A stretch of DNA of 64,000 nucleotides from an uncultured Planctomycetales bacterium. Its GTDB lineage: Bacteria; Omnitrophota; Gorgyraeia; Zapsychrales; JAHFFX01. The stretch spans positions 65,409 to 129,408 of the forward strand of contig CAYJRN010000002.1 in the NCBI GenBank assembly GCA_964372915.1. Direction: 5' to 3'. Every line of letters starts with the position of its first letter. The stretch's first letter is position 1. A model generated the notes under the pieces. The model worked only from the letters and a program-made list of their open reading frames with translations. It had not been told where the DNA came from and did not search any database. The translations under genes and the position numbers were made by a program. This document shows positions 27,688 through 39,645 of the stretch, piece by piece.

Positions 27688-28641
27688 ATGGAAAAAAACA
27701 TACAGTTTGATAATAACCGTGATTTACAGTTATTGTTCGGGAAATATGACCAGAATTTAAAGCTCATCGAAGAGGGCTTGAAGGTTCGCATTCATCGTAA
27801 TGGCGGCGGGCTTAAGGTCAGCGGTGCCCAGAGTCAGATCGCCAAGATGGAAGAACTCTTTGGTTATCTTTTTGCCATTGTTGACAGTGGCCGCGACGTT
27901 AAGAAACACGACGTGGTCTATGCTTTGAAAGTCACGGAAGATGAAAAGGAGGAGCTCAACCTCAAGCGTCTGACCAAAGAAAAGATCGACGTGCCCGTCA
28001 AGGGCGTCGTGGTCATGCCCAAGACCAAAGGGCAGATTGAATATGTGGAAGCCATCAAGCAGTACGATATTGTGTTCGGCATCGGTCCGGCGGGAACGGG
28101 AAAGACGTATCTGGCCATGGCGATGGCGGTGAATGCCCTTAAAAAAGGATTGGTCCGACGGATTATTTTGACCCGTCCTGCGATTGAAGCCGGTGAGAAC
28201 TTAGGGTTTTTGCCCGGGGACATGGTCGAGAAAGTCCTTCCCTATTTGCGGCCGCTGTATGACGCGCTCTACGATATGATGGAGGCCGAAAAAGTTGAGC
28301 AGTACACCGAAAAAGGCGTTATCGAAGTGGCCCCCTTGGCCTATATGCGCGGACGCACGCTTAACGACGCGTTCATTATCCTAGATGAAGCGCAAAATAG
28401 CACTCCCTACCAGATGAAAATGTTTTTGACGCGTCTGGGGTTCGATTCCAAAACGGTCATCACCGGTGATATCACGCAAAGCGATCTTCCCGCGGGCGAA
28501 CCCATCGGTCTTATCGACGCCCAAAAAGTTCTAAAAGATATTGAGGGAATCAAGTTCGTGTATCTGACGCGTGAAGATATCGTCCGGCATGAACTCATCC
28601 AGAAAATCATCGAGGCCTATGGAAACACAAATAAAATTTAA
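27688..28641 (+). CDS. ybeZ: PhoH family ATPase
   Basis: Walker A GPAGTGKTYLA. PhoH-like architecture. First gene of a phoH-pgpH-ybeY-recO block. Confidence 0.85.
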   Translation: MEKNIQFDNNRDLQLLFGKYDQNLKLIEEGLKVRIHRNGGGLKVSGAQSQIAKMEELFGYLFAIVDSGRDVKKHDVVYALKVTEDEKEELNLKRLTKEKIDVPVKGVVVMPKTKGQIEYVEAIKQYDIVFGIGPAGTGKTYLAMAMAVNALKKGLVRRIILTRPAIEAGENLGFLPGDMVEKVLPYLRPLYDALYDMMEAEKVEQYTEKGVIEVAPLAYMRGRTLNDAFIILDEAQNSTPYQMKMFLTRLGFDSKTVITGDITQSDLPAGEPIGLIDAQKVLKDIEGIKFVYLTREDIVRHELIQKIIEAYGNTNKI

Positions 28642-30055
28642 GAATAACGCGTTTCATATCGCGCTCACTGTGATCGTCGTGGCGGCCTTGGAGGGTTTTT
28701 GCTACCTCGCCCGCTTGCCGCTGGTCATTCCGCTCATTCTTTTGTACTTAGGCGTTCATCTTCAGTTTTTTAGGAAAGCGAGCATCAAACTTTTTATGCA
28801 TCTGGGGCTCTTGTTGGCGATCGTCGTGGCCGGCACTTACGCCATCGAGAGCTACTCCTCGATTTCCAATTTTTATATTCCCGTCGCTGCCGTCCCCATG
28901 CTGACGATGCTTCTTTTTGTCGATCTGCAGCTGGCCTTTTTGATGGCCTTTATCAGCAGCATCCTGGTGGGGCTGCTTACGGGCAACGAATTTAATCTGA
29001 CGCTCATCTATTTTCTGGGTGGCTTGACGAGCGTTTATACGGTCAAGGGCGCGCGCAACCGCGGACAGCTCATCCTAGCCGGTTTTTTTACCGGCCTCAT
29101 CCAGGTGTTATGCGCCGCGCTCCTTAACATCGAGATGATCCAAATTCTTCCCCAAGACTTTCTATTGCGCTACGCCCAGCCGCTGTTGTTCAACGGGGTC
29201 ATTTCGGTGTTCGTGGTCATGACGACGTCCAAGATTTTTGAGTGGCTCTTTGGAGTCCTGACCAATTTCAGCCTCTTGGAACTTTCTGATTTCAACCAGC
29301 CGCTGTTAAGACAAATGATCTTGGAGGCCCCGGGCACGTATCATCATAGTTTGCTCGTCAGCAATTTAGCGGAAGCGGCCGCCGAGGCCATCGGGGCTAA
29401 TTCGCTTTTGGTGCGCGTGGGCGCTTATTATCATGACATCGGCAAACTGGTAAAGCCCGAATATTTCACCGAGAATCAGCTGGCGACTGGAAACGTCCAC
29501 GACGATTTGGAACCCTCGATGAGCCGGCTCGTCATCCTTAACCACGTGAAAGAAGGAATTGAACTCGGGAAAAAGTATAAGCTGAACCCAATGATCTTGG
29601 ATTTTATCCCTCAGCATCATGGGACAAGCATCATCTATTACTTTTATCAGAAAGCCCTCGAAGGGGCAGAAGTGGGAGAAACCATCGAAGAGGAAGAATT
29701 CCGTTACCCGGGGCCCAAGCCGCAAACCCGCGAGACGGCGGTCGTTCTTTTGGCCGATTCGGTGGAGGGTGCCACCCGTGCCATGGATGAGCCCACCCCG
29801 GCCAGGATCAATGATTTGGTCAGGAAAGTCATCAACAACAAATTCATCGACGGGCAATTGGATGAATGCCCCTTAACTCTTAAAGACATTGAGAAAATTT
29901 CTGTCACCTTCAGCCATGTCTTGGCGGCCATGCATCATGGCCGCGTCAAATATCCGGAAAAGAAAGCGAATGATGACAATAACGGTCGAAAATCTGCAGA
30001 AGAAAATCCCAATAAATCCCGCCCGAATCAAAGGGAGCGCAAGAAAGATTCTTGA
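28619..30055 (+). CDS. 7TM receptor with intracellular HD phosphohydrolase domain (PgpH/YqfF-like)
   Basis: Seven TM helices followed by the HD domain (YHHSLLVSNLAE...YYHDIGKLVKPEYF). Lacks the long extracellular N-terminal domain of B. subtilis PgpH. ATG 28619 overlaps the phoH 3' end. Confidence 0.7.
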   Translation: METQIKFKNNAFHIALTVIVVAALEGFCYLARLPLVIPLILLYLGVHLQFFRKASIKLFMHLGLLLAIVVAGTYAIESYSSISNFYIPVAAVPMLTMLLFVDLQLAFLMAFISSILVGLLTGNEFNLTLIYFLGGLTSVYTVKGARNRGQLILAGFFTGLIQVLCAALLNIEMIQILPQDFLLRYAQPLLFNGVISVFVVMTTSKIFEWLFGVLTNFSLLELSDFNQPLLRQMILEAPGTYHHSLLVSNLAEAAAEAIGANSLLVRVGAYYHDIGKLVKPEYFTENQLATGNVHDDLEPSMSRLVILNHVKEGIELGKKYKLNPMILDFIPQHHGTSIIYYFYQKALEGAEVGETIEEEEFRYPGPKPQTRETAVVLLADSVEGATRAMDEPTPARINDLVRKVINNKFIDGQLDECPLTLKDIEKISVTFSHVLAAMHHGRVKYPEKKANDDNNGRKSAEENPNKSRPNQRERKKDS

Positions 30056-30401
30056 AAGAGAGCGAGTTCGGGGCGGAACTCTTTCCATCACCTTTGTTTC
30101 CGATCAAAAGATCAAGGCGCTCAATAAAAAATATTTAAAACGCGAATACATAACGGATGTCCTAGCGTTTGATTTGCGGGGGAAGTCTGCCGGGTGTCTT
30201 CCCATGGCAGGAGAGATCGTTATTTCCGCCGACACCGCTTTCAAGAATTCTGCCGCTTTTGGAAATTCGCTTGAGAAAGAAATCCTGCTTTACGTCATTC
30301 ACGGCATTCTGCATCTGTCGGGCTACGACGATCACGCGATCGCCGATATCAAGAGAATGAGAGCCCGTGAACAGTTTCATTTGAAAGCCCTTAAATTATG
30401 A
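29970..30401 (+). CDS. ybeY: rRNA maturation endoribonuclease YbeY
   Basis: Zinc-binding motif HGILHLSGYDDH. 144 aa from the internal ATG. Confidence 0.8.
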   Translation: MMTITVENLQKKIPINPARIKGSARKILERERVRGGTLSITFVSDQKIKALNKKYLKREYITDVLAFDLRGKSAGCLPMAGEIVISADTAFKNSAAFGNSLEKEILLYVIHGILHLSGYDDHAIADIKRMRAREQFHLKALKL

Positions 30402-31132
30402 TCGTTCGTACCGAGGGCGTCGTTCTTAAAAGTTTTGATTTCCGCGAAACCAGCCGCATCGTGACCTTTTTCACTCAGGACCATGGTAAGCTCAAAGGGA
30501 TTTTTAAAGGCATTCGCAAAGACCCGAAGAAGTTCGGCAGCAGCGTCGATAAGTTCACCGTTAACGATATCGTCTATTATCATCACCGCAATTCCGAGAT
30601 CCATTTGGTCGGTCAGTGCGATTTAAAAGCGTTTTTCTTGCCCATCCGTCAAGATTTTAAACGTACGATAGCGGCTTCTTATGTGCTGGAACTTGTTGAT
30701 GCCATCATGCCCCTGGAAGAACCCAATAAAGAGGTTTACGATCTTTTGATGAATTATTTCGCGAGTCTGCAAACGGTTAGAGATATCGGCAAACTCGTGC
30801 ATATCTTTCAGATCAAAATTCTTTTTTTGTCCGGTTTTCGTCCGCATCTGGATTCCTGTGTGGTCTGCGGCAAAAAAATCAAAGTGAAAGCCAGGTTTAG
30901 TTTAAAACAGGGGGGGCTGGTCTGCCCGCATTGTGAAACGGACGAGCCGTCCTTGAGTTTATTGTCGCCAGGGGCGGTCGCTTCACTGCTTCACATCGAA
31001 AAAAGCCGTTGGGAAGAGAGTTTAAGGTTGGGGATCTCGGGGCCCATCAAAAAGGAACTCAAATTCATCTTGAACCATTTTCTGGTGTATCACTTAGAGA
31101 GAAGGCTTAAGTCTGAAAGATTTTTAAGTTAA
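30398..31132 (+). CDS. recO: DNA repair protein RecO
   Basis: N-terminal OB-fold (GVVLKSFDFRETSRIVTFFT) and C-terminal zinc ribbon CVVCGKK...CPHCE. ATG overlaps the ybeY stop (ATGA). Confidence 0.75.
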   Translation: MIVRTEGVVLKSFDFRETSRIVTFFTQDHGKLKGIFKGIRKDPKKFGSSVDKFTVNDIVYYHHRNSEIHLVGQCDLKAFFLPIRQDFKRTIAASYVLELVDAIMPLEEPNKEVYDLLMNYFASLQTVRDIGKLVHIFQIKILFLSGFRPHLDSCVVCGKKIKVKARFSLKQGGLVCPHCETDEPSLSLLSPGAVASLLHIEKSRWEESLRLGISGPIKKELKFILNHFLVYHLERRLKSERFLS

Positions 31133-31202
31133 AAAAATTACGTAAATTTAATCTTGATTCTGGTGCATCACTTATGATACACTTGAAGCGGAGGTTAAAA
31201 AA

Positions 31203-31430
31203 ATGTCTACAAAAAATCCTCGGTTAAATGTTGTCCTGGAACCCATCCTTTATAACGGAATCAGCCAATTATCCAAGAAGGCGGGAGTTTCTTTATCCTT
31301 GATGGCGCGTGATCTTATCAAGGAAGCCCTTGAATTCCACGAAGACTTGCATTGGCAGAAAGAAGCTCAAAAACGCGAGAAAAGCTTTTCCTACCCGAAA
31401 GCCCTCTCTCATAAAGACGTCTGGAAGTAA
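31203..31430 (+). CDS. Type II antitoxin (RHH/RelB-like)
   Basis: 75-aa protein immediately upstream of a RelE-like toxin, with a TAATG stop/start overlap. Confidence 0.55.
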   Translation: MSTKNPRLNVVLEPILYNGISQLSKKAGVSLSLMARDLIKEALEFHEDLHWQKEAQKREKSFSYPKALSHKDVWK

Positions 31431-31708
31431 TGCTTTATCAGATTTTTTATCATCCTGAAATAAAAAACGACGTTGCCAAGTTTCCTCAAAATGTCAAAGA
31501 CCGTATTCAGCGGGCCATTGAGGAAAGGCTTTTGGTTCACCCTACCCATTTTGGAATTCCTCTACGGCGAAGTTTACAAGGCTATCACAAGATGAGAGTA
31601 GGGGACTATCGGATTATTTTTAAAATGGGGCATGATAATATTATTGTGCTGATGATTGGGCATCGCAAAGATGTTTATCGCCTGATTCCGAAACGGGGTG
31701 GACCTTGA
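31430..31708 (+). CDS. Type II toxin, RelE/ParE family
   Basis: Motifs YRIIFKMGHDNIIVLMIGHRKDVY, typical of RelE/StbE mRNA interferases. Confidence 0.7.
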   Translation: MLYQIFYHPEIKNDVAKFPQNVKDRIQRAIEERLLVHPTHFGIPLRRSLQGYHKMRVGDYRIIFKMGHDNIIVLMIGHRKDVYRLIPKRGGP

Positions 31709-31851
31709 GAACAATTTCTATTGCCGAAGCAAAAAGGACCTTTTTCAGCCTTTTAAAAAATTTGCTGTCTGTTCCTGGGATGAGAGAGTCTATTCGAAAA
31801 GGTCTGAAAACGCCGGTGAGGCGCTGCTTTCAGAAATTATGAATGTATCCT

Positions 31852-34071
31852 TTACTCCACCCAATCCATCGCCTCCTGAATTTCTTCCTGCAGTCGCTGC
31901 TTGATGCGTTTACCAGTGGCTTGATTGAGGATGTCCTGGGCGAGAGCGCGGCCGACGCTGGGGACTTTGGCGAGTTCATCGACAGAGGTGAACTTAAGGT
32001 CGGAAATTTTTTTGTACCCTTTCCTGAAAAGGCTGCGGCCACGTACACGGCCCACGCCTTTTAAGTTGCACAACTCCAATAATTCTTCCTTGATGCCGTA
32101 ATGCACGCGTTGACGTAGATCGTCCAGAACAAACGTCATCTTTTTAAAATTCATCAGTTCCGCGACGTTGCCGCCAGCGTGTAAAAGCCATTGAGCAGAT
32201 TCAATGTGCCGGTAGACATCGCCGGGCCCGATGCCGAATTCATCGCAGATCACCTCTTCCTTTTCTTCTTCGATCCAGCGCAGCAACAACCAAGTTGTTT
32301 TGAGACTCGCCCAATAACCGTAGAGATCATCCAAGAGCGGCGTGTCGCCTTCTTTTAAAATCAATTCCTCCCGACAATTCGAAGCAAAGATTTCCAATTC
32401 TTCATAATCGCTTTTGCCGACGTTGAGGATTTCGCTGTCCGGACAACAGATCATCAGATGCAAAATCCCGACGTTAGAGAATGATTTTCCGTGCTCGACG
32501 CGTTTAAGTCCATCGCGCAGCGTCATGGCCGTCAAGGGGTCGATGTATAACCTCGAGGTGAGGCTGCCGAAAGGGGTTGGGGAAAAATGGAAACCGCTTT
32601 TTTCAATGAAGCCTTCGCGCAAAAGAAAATCGAAGATGTTTCCGACCATTTCGATCAGATTGTACGTTTGTTTTTGGTAGGCGAGGAACGTATGATTGAT
32701 GAATTCAAGCATGCCATTGACATCATGCACAAAGCCGCCGGCGATAGAGGCCAAGACGTGCATCCGTAGCGCCGCCTCGCCGTTTAATTTTGAGGTGATT
32801 GGTTCGGGATCGGCGTTGATGTAACGGTCAAACAAGGAGCTGGTTTCGGAAAAAGATTTGGCAATGAGAATCGCTTCGCCGTACTCATCGTACTGGGGGC
32901 GTCCGGCGCGCCCGGCGCATTGTTTGTATTCGGAGGTGGGGATGTAGGCGCTCCCCACTCCGCTTTCAAAACGTTTGCAGTCGCGGATAATGGCTCGCCG
33001 GGCCGGCAAATTGACGCCCGCGGCCAGCGTCGGGGTGGAGCAAATCACTTTAATCAGATTCTTTTTGAAACTGTCTTCGATGAGTTTGCGTTGTTTGGGT
33101 TTGAGGCCCGCATGGTGAAACGCCGCGCCGCGCAAGACAACTTCAGCGAGCTTGCGGCAGACTTTGGTGGAATCGGCCAGGGACCCGGCGACTTCTTTGG
33201 AGATCTCACTCAGGCGCCGGCGCTCGTCTTCGGTTAAAAGCCCGGCGACGGAATCAGAAACCTGTTTGCTCGCGGCTTGCGCCGAGCGCCGGCTGTTGAC
33301 GAAAATGAGGACCTGTCCTTTTCCCCTCAGCGTGTCGGCGGTGAGCTTGCTGATGTCATCGGGCGCGGATTCTTGGATGAGTTTGACGCCGCTGTGGTTG
33401 AAGATGATTTTTTCGTTGTAATAGACGCCTTCTTTTAAGGGAATGGGGCGCCACGTGCTTAAAACGAGTTTAGCCCCGAGCCATCCGGCGATCTCATTGG
33501 CATTTTTAACGGTCGCGCTCAAGGCAAGGATTTGTATTTTGGGATTCAACTGCTTGAGGCGGGCCGTCAATATTTCCAACGTCGGCCCGCGCTCAGCGTC
33601 GTTGATGAAATGGATTTCATCGAGGATGACGACCGAGAGGGCGTCGATAAGCCACTTGGCGCGCGAGCGCAAAAGGGAATCGACTTTCTCGGCGGTCGCG
33701 ATCAGGATTTGATAACGGTTAAGCATTTTGCTGGGACTGTCCAAGTCGCCGGTCGCGATCCCCACCTTAATGCCCAGCGCCGAGTATTTTTCCTTAAAGT
33801 CTTCGTACTTTTCACTCGCCAGGGCTTTTAAGGGCGCGATGTACAGACAGCGCCCGTTATCGTGCAGGATTTTTTTGAGCATGCACAATTCCGCCATCAA
33901 AGTCTTTCCGGCCGCCGTTGGAACCGACATCAAAAGGTTTTCGCCATCGAGCAGGCCTTTTTCAATGGCCTGGGCCTGCGGTGGATAGAGTTCCGTAATG
34001 CCTGAATTTTTTAGAATGTGGGCGACTTCTGCCGGGAAGTGATATTTAGTGAGGACGGTTTCAAGTTTCAT
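31852..34071 (-). CDS. Ski2-family DNA helicase, Hel308-like (SF2 core, winged helix, ratchet and HhH domains)
   Basis: Start [36 protein letters not shown]. Walker [15 protein letters not shown] box [12 protein letters not shown]-terminal HhH ([17 protein letters not shown]). The internal ATG at 34071 was chosen; the 84 codons further upstream in the ORF overlap family B repeat copy b. Confidence 0.7.
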   Translation of the reverse strand: MKLETVLTKYHFPAEVAHILKNSGITELYPPQAQAIEKGLLDGENLLMSVPTAAGKTLMAELCMLKKILHDNGRCLYIAPLKALASEKYEDFKEKYSALGIKVGIATGDLDSPSKMLNRYQILIATAEKVDSLLRSRAKWLIDALSVVILDEIHFINDAERGPTLEILTARLKQLNPKIQILALSATVKNANEIAGWLGAKLVLSTWRPIPLKEGVYYNEKIIFNHSGVKLIQESAPDDISKLTADTLRGKGQVLIFVNSRRSAQAASKQVSDSVAGLLTEDERRRLSEISKEVAGSLADSTKVCRKLAEVVLRGAAFHHAGLKPKQRKLIEDSFKKNLIKVICSTPTLAAGVNLPARRAIIRDCKRFESGVGSAYIPTSEYKQCAGRAGRPQYDEYGEAILIAKSFSETSSLFDRYINADPEPITSKLNGEAALRMHVLASIAGGFVHDVNGMLEFINHTFLAYQKQTYNLIEMVGNIFDFLLREGFIEKSGFHFSPTPFGSLTSRLYIDPLTAMTLRDGLKRVEHGKSFSNVGILHLMICCPDSEILNVGKSDYEELEIFASNCREELILKEGDTPLLDDLYGYWASLKTTWLLLRWIEEEKEEVICDEFGIGPGDVYRHIESAQWLLHAGGNVAELMNFKKMTFVLDDLRQRVHYGIKEELLELCNLKGVGRVRGRSLFRKGYKKISDLKFTSVDELAKVPSVGRALAQDILNQATGKRIKQRLQEEIQEAMDWVE

Positions 34072-34084
34072 GGAAGAATTTCGT

Positions 34085-34264
34085 CTTACTGGCTTTTTCT
34101 TTTCCAAATACACTTGTGGTAACCAGTATCTCGCCCTCACTTTCCTTTGAAAAATTTCTAGAGGAAGTGAGGGCTGCCCCAGTTTCCTCTGAATATGTTT
34201 TAAGGAAAACAGGGGCGACGATTGTTCTCTTGGTAAAACTCTCTTTAGAGGAATAATCGTCAAG
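34085..34264. repeat. Palindromic repeat family B, composite copy b: shared 5' module cttactggctttttctttt...ccagtatctcg, an inserted nested hairpin, and the core hairpin
   Basis: 34085-34133 matches 38137-38172 (cttactggctttttcttt ... tggta[a/g]ccagtatctcg). The core cgacgattgttctcttgg ... agaggaataatcgtcaag lies at 34216-34264. 34134-34215 is an extra nested palindrome (ccctcacttcc/ggaagtgaggg, ccccagtttcc/ggaaaacagggg). Confidence 0.7.
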
Positions 34265-34314
34265 AATTGAAATCTATTGTACAGGTTACAGGGTCTGCAA
34301 ATCAAGATAAATGA

Positions 34315-36198
<1,884 letters not shown>

Positions 36199-36281
36199 AT
36201 AGGTCTGATTTTAAGGAAACGATAAGGGGCTCCGCGCCGTACGGCGCGGAGCCCCTTTAAATTTTCTTTCGTTCACTTACT

Positions 36282-38111
36282 TTAGACAGCGGCAGGTATC
36301 AGCGAATCGCTAAAAATTTCCTTACGTTCATCAGTAAGCTCTTCTAATTTATTTTTAAAATCCATGAGCTCTTCAAACATTCTTTTCCGATATTCCTCGT
36401 TTTCCTCGATCAGCTTCGGAATGAGCGTGCGGTAATATTCAATCCCGTCAAAAATGTTTTTCTTAAACTCGCGGAAATATTCCTTTTGTTTTTCCGTTGG
36501 TTCAACGTGCTTCTGAATATCTCTGGCTAAATACTCGATGTACATCTTGAGCTCTTTGATGAACATATTGGGCCGATAAGTGGAGTTGAGGAGATTGACG
36601 CGGCCGTAAATATGACCGACCATTTCCGCCAGCGTGCAGATCTTTGAAAAGTAGGCGAGATTGGGGCCCGGGCAAACGGCGCTAAAGCGCTGAAACGTAT
36701 TTTTAATATTGTTCTTAATCATCGCCGGTTCGCCCAGGTCGTTACAGATGCAGGCCTTCATAATGATAGAATTGTAAAGCTTTCTAAACTGCTGGGGCTC
36801 GAGATTCATTTTGGCAATCTGGTCCAGTTTGAGCTTTTGATACTGACGGGAGGCCGTACAAATAGGTTCCGGGGTAAATTCGGTGTTGGAAACAAGATGG
36901 CCCTTGGGGCAGGCGCTTCCCGGGCGTCCGGTTTGGGCGCGGCGTTCTTTTTCTGCGTCGCTGCTGGAATCGCGGAGATTATTGAAAGGAACCCCTAAAG
37001 GAGAGACGTTGCTTAAATAAAGATCGTCTTCCCCGGCGGCGGCCAATTTTTTGAGCGTTACATCATCGACATTGGTCACTTCCGGACACAACAGAAACGG
37101 CGTGGCCCAACCGGTTCCATCCAATTGATAGTAGTTGAGCAAAAATTTATCTTCCTTAACCGTTCCGATGCCGCCCTGGGCGGTGATTTTCACATATGGG
37201 GGATTCAAGAAAGGAATTTTGTTCTTGAGCTTCAATGCCTCGTTGCACATCGCGTGCAGTGTCTCGATCAATTCCTTTTTCTTTTGTTTAAATTCTTCAA
37301 GAATAGGGCCCATCAAATAGCCGTCGGTGGCAAAGGCGTGCCCGCCGCAATTCAACCCCGATTCGACGCGGTATTCCGAAATCCACAGACCTTTTTTGGC
37401 AAAGAACTTTCCCTGGGTAATGGAGGAGCGAAAATCACTGACCTTGAGTATGATTTTTTTCTTGAGAAAACCCGCCGCGTCGGCATAAAAATCTTTAAAG
37501 TTTTCGACATAACTGTAAAGCCGGCGATTGATCCCGGCGGAGAAAACGATAGAAGAGTTGAGTGTGCTGTTGGCAAACCCGCGCAACGCCGCCAAGGCAT
37601 CGGAATATTCCGCGGGAAGTTCTTTGCCGTCCTTAGAATAGTTGGCCCGGTCTAACTTAGTCATGATGTTGACGTTGATGTCACCGGGACGAATCATCTC
37701 TCGCAATTCAGTTTGCAGTTGGGATTTTTTTGCGGGATCTTCGGTGGCGAGCATTGTTCGGTAGGAGAGTTTTAAAGGAGAATCATCGGCCAAAAGTTCG
37801 AAATATTTGGTGATTTCCGTCCCCGGCTCGAAAGCAGAAGTCTTTAAGGTTTCGAATTGATTTTTTACGATTTTATTCACTAAATTCAAGTAGGCGGTGA
37901 TGCGGCGGGCCCGGTAGTCCTCCTCATCCTTGGTGATGGCCTGATAAGGTTCTCCGGTAAGCACACAATAAAACTGGCGCATCTCCTCAACCAAGGTGTC
38001 GTCCACAAGGGAAATCACAGAAGAGATTCCGTATTTGGCGACCTTGATGGGAGTATCGATGGAGAAGGCAGTCCCCATAACGGGGATGTGAACTGAATGG
38101 ATGTTTTTCAT
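36282..38111 (-). CDS. Hypothetical FMN-type TIM-barrel protein (NMO/IMPDH superfamily-like) with a Cys-rich C-terminal extension
   Basis: Start MKNIHSVHIPVMGTAFSIDTPIKVAKYGISSV. Motifs NCGGHAF and ITAQGGIGT resemble the GGHRG and AAGGI.DG motifs of nitronate monooxygenase/FabK enzymes. About 230 extra C-terminal residues carry several Cys. Function unknown. Confidence 0.45.
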   Translation of the reverse strand: MKNIHSVHIPVMGTAFSIDTPIKVAKYGISSVISLVDDTLVEEMRQFYCVLTGEPYQAITKDEEDYRARRITAYLNLVNKIVKNQFETLKTSAFEPGTEITKYFELLADDSPLKLSYRTMLATEDPAKKSQLQTELREMIRPGDINVNIMTKLDRANYSKDGKELPAEYSDALAALRGFANSTLNSSIVFSAGINRRLYSYVENFKDFYADAAGFLKKKIILKVSDFRSSITQGKFFAKKGLWISEYRVESGLNCGGHAFATDGYLMGPILEEFKQKKKELIETLHAMCNEALKLKNKIPFLNPPYVKITAQGGIGTVKEDKFLLNYYQLDGTGWATPFLLCPEVTNVDDVTLKKLAAAGEDDLYLSNVSPLGVPFNNLRDSSSDAEKERRAQTGRPGSACPKGHLVSNTEFTPEPICTASRQYQKLKLDQIAKMNLEPQQFRKLYNSIIMKACICNDLGEPAMIKNNIKNTFQRFSAVCPGPNLAYFSKICTLAEMVGHIYGRVNLLNSTYRPNMFIKELKMYIEYLARDIQKHVEPTEKQKEYFREFKKNIFDGIEYYRTLIPKLIEENEEYRKRMFEELMDFKNKLEELTDERKEIFSDSLIPAAV

Positions 38112-38136
38112 TAATGTGTTGGGCCGTTTAAAAAGC

Positions 38137-38227
38137 CTTACTGGCTTTTTCTTTTTGTGGTAGCCAGTATCTCGACGGTTGTTTTCTTGGATGGATCTGC
38201 TATCTTTTGAGGAACAACCGTCAATAA
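38137..38227. repeat. Palindromic repeat family B, copy c, in the 5' leader of the minus-strand TIM-barrel gene
   Basis: cttactggctttttctttttgtggtagccagtatctcgacggttgttttcttgg ... gaggaacaaccgtcaata. The arms carry compensatory changes (cgacgGttgtt / aacaaCcgtc) relative to the other copies. Confidence 0.7.
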
Positions 38228-38455
38228 ATCGACCAACGGCTTGAATACAATCATATACCAATCTACCTAAAAGGCAAGGAAAATAATATCTATATTACTC
38301 GAACTTGGTAGGCTTGAAAAGACAGAAATATGAAAAATAAAACGCCTATTATTTGCTTTATGCAGGTTTTTGTACTAGAATATTCTAAAATTTGACATTT
38401 TTGAAGCTTAACCCCACGCTCCTCCTGTGCGTCGGAGCTTTGGGGTAAATTCCGG

Positions 38456-38498
38456 CTTACAACTTATGTCGCACCCTTTGGGCGCTCCATAAGTTGTG
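38456..38498. repeat. Hairpin family C, copy 1 (cttacaacttatg - 19 nt - cataagttgtg) in the bioB leader
   Basis: 10-bp perfect stem. The same stem sequence occurs at 62382-62419. Confidence 0.6.
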
Positions 38499-38516
38499 CC
38501 GTCATTTAAGGGATCC

Positions 38517-39626
38517 ATGAACCGTTCGTATTATTGTCAACTCGCAGAAAAATCGATTGCCACAGACACCCTTTCTTTCTCAGAGTCTTATGAAATCTTG
38601 ACTTCCCAAGATATCGAACTTTTGCCGCTTTTGGATGCCGCCTTTCAAGTGCGAAAAAAGTTTACAGGCAAGGAAGTTTCCGTCCATATCATTAACAATG
38701 CGCAAAACGGCTTTTGCCCGGAAGACTGTCATTACTGCGCCCAGGCTAAGACCTCAACAGCCGATATTGAAGAATATCCCTTAAAACCGGATCAGGAAAT
38801 ACTGGCGGAAGCCAAAAACGCTTATGAAAAAGGAGCTTTCCGCTATTGCATGGTGTTCGCTGGACGTGGGCCGTCGGCGCGGCGCGTGGAGCACCTGGCG
38901 AGATTGATCCGTGAAATTAAAGTTCGATACCCCATACAGATTTGTGTTTCGGCTGGGATCATGGATGAAGCCGCAACCCGCACGCTCAAAGAAGCCGGTC
39001 TCGACCGTTTGAATCACAACCTCAACACCTCCGAGCGTCATTATCCCAACATTTGCACGACCCACACGTATGAGGAGAGAATCAATACCCTCTTGGCGGC
39101 AAAAAAGGTGGGATTGGAAATGTGCTCAGGCATTATCGTCGGCCTGGGGGAAAAAGTCGATGATATTATTGAAGTGGGGATGAATTTAAGAAGATTAACG
39201 GCTCGTTCCATTCCGGTTAATTTTTTGATTCCCATTGAAGGCAATCAACTCAAAAAAATTACCAGCTTAACGCCGGAATATTGTTTACGAATTTTGTGTT
39301 TGTACCGTTTTTTAAATCCCGACTCGGAATTGCGCGCGGCCGCCGGACGGGAAGGCCACTTAAGGAGCCTGGAGGTGATGGCGCTGTATCCGGCGAATTC
39401 GCTCTTTTTGGACGGGTATTTGAACACCAAAGGTTCCAGCCGTGCCAAGACTTTACAAATGATCAAGGATGCCGGGTTTACCATCAAATCGGAATTTACC
39501 GTGGATGAAGTTTTAGAAAATGAAACTTTGCCCAAGACGGCTTACAGGGTTGACGACGGCCAAACATTGATGAAGGGACTTAAAGAATTACGACCGCAGT
39601 TGGAAGCTCAACCCACCAAAAAATAA
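38517..39626 (+). CDS. bioB: Biotin synthase (radical SAM)
   Basis: CPEDCHYCAQ radical-SAM motif. Auxiliary-cluster ligand contexts (YCMVFAGRG, ICVSAGIM, CSGIIVGLGE, AAGRE). RBS TAAGGGA precedes ATG 38517. Confidence 0.75.
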   Translation: MNRSYYCQLAEKSIATDTLSFSESYEILTSQDIELLPLLDAAFQVRKKFTGKEVSVHIINNAQNGFCPEDCHYCAQAKTSTADIEEYPLKPDQEILAEAKNAYEKGAFRYCMVFAGRGPSARRVEHLARLIREIKVRYPIQICVSAGIMDEAATRTLKEAGLDRLNHNLNTSERHYPNICTTHTYEERINTLLAAKKVGLEMCSGIIVGLGEKVDDIIEVGMNLRRLTARSIPVNFLIPIEGNQLKKITSLTPEYCLRILCLYRFLNPDSELRAAAGREGHLRSLEVMALYPANSLFLDGYLNTKGSSRAKTLQMIKDAGFTIKSEFTVDEVLENETLPKTAYRVDDGQTLMKGLKELRPQLEAQPTKK

Positions 39627-39645
39627 AGTCAGAAGGAAGCTTAAG

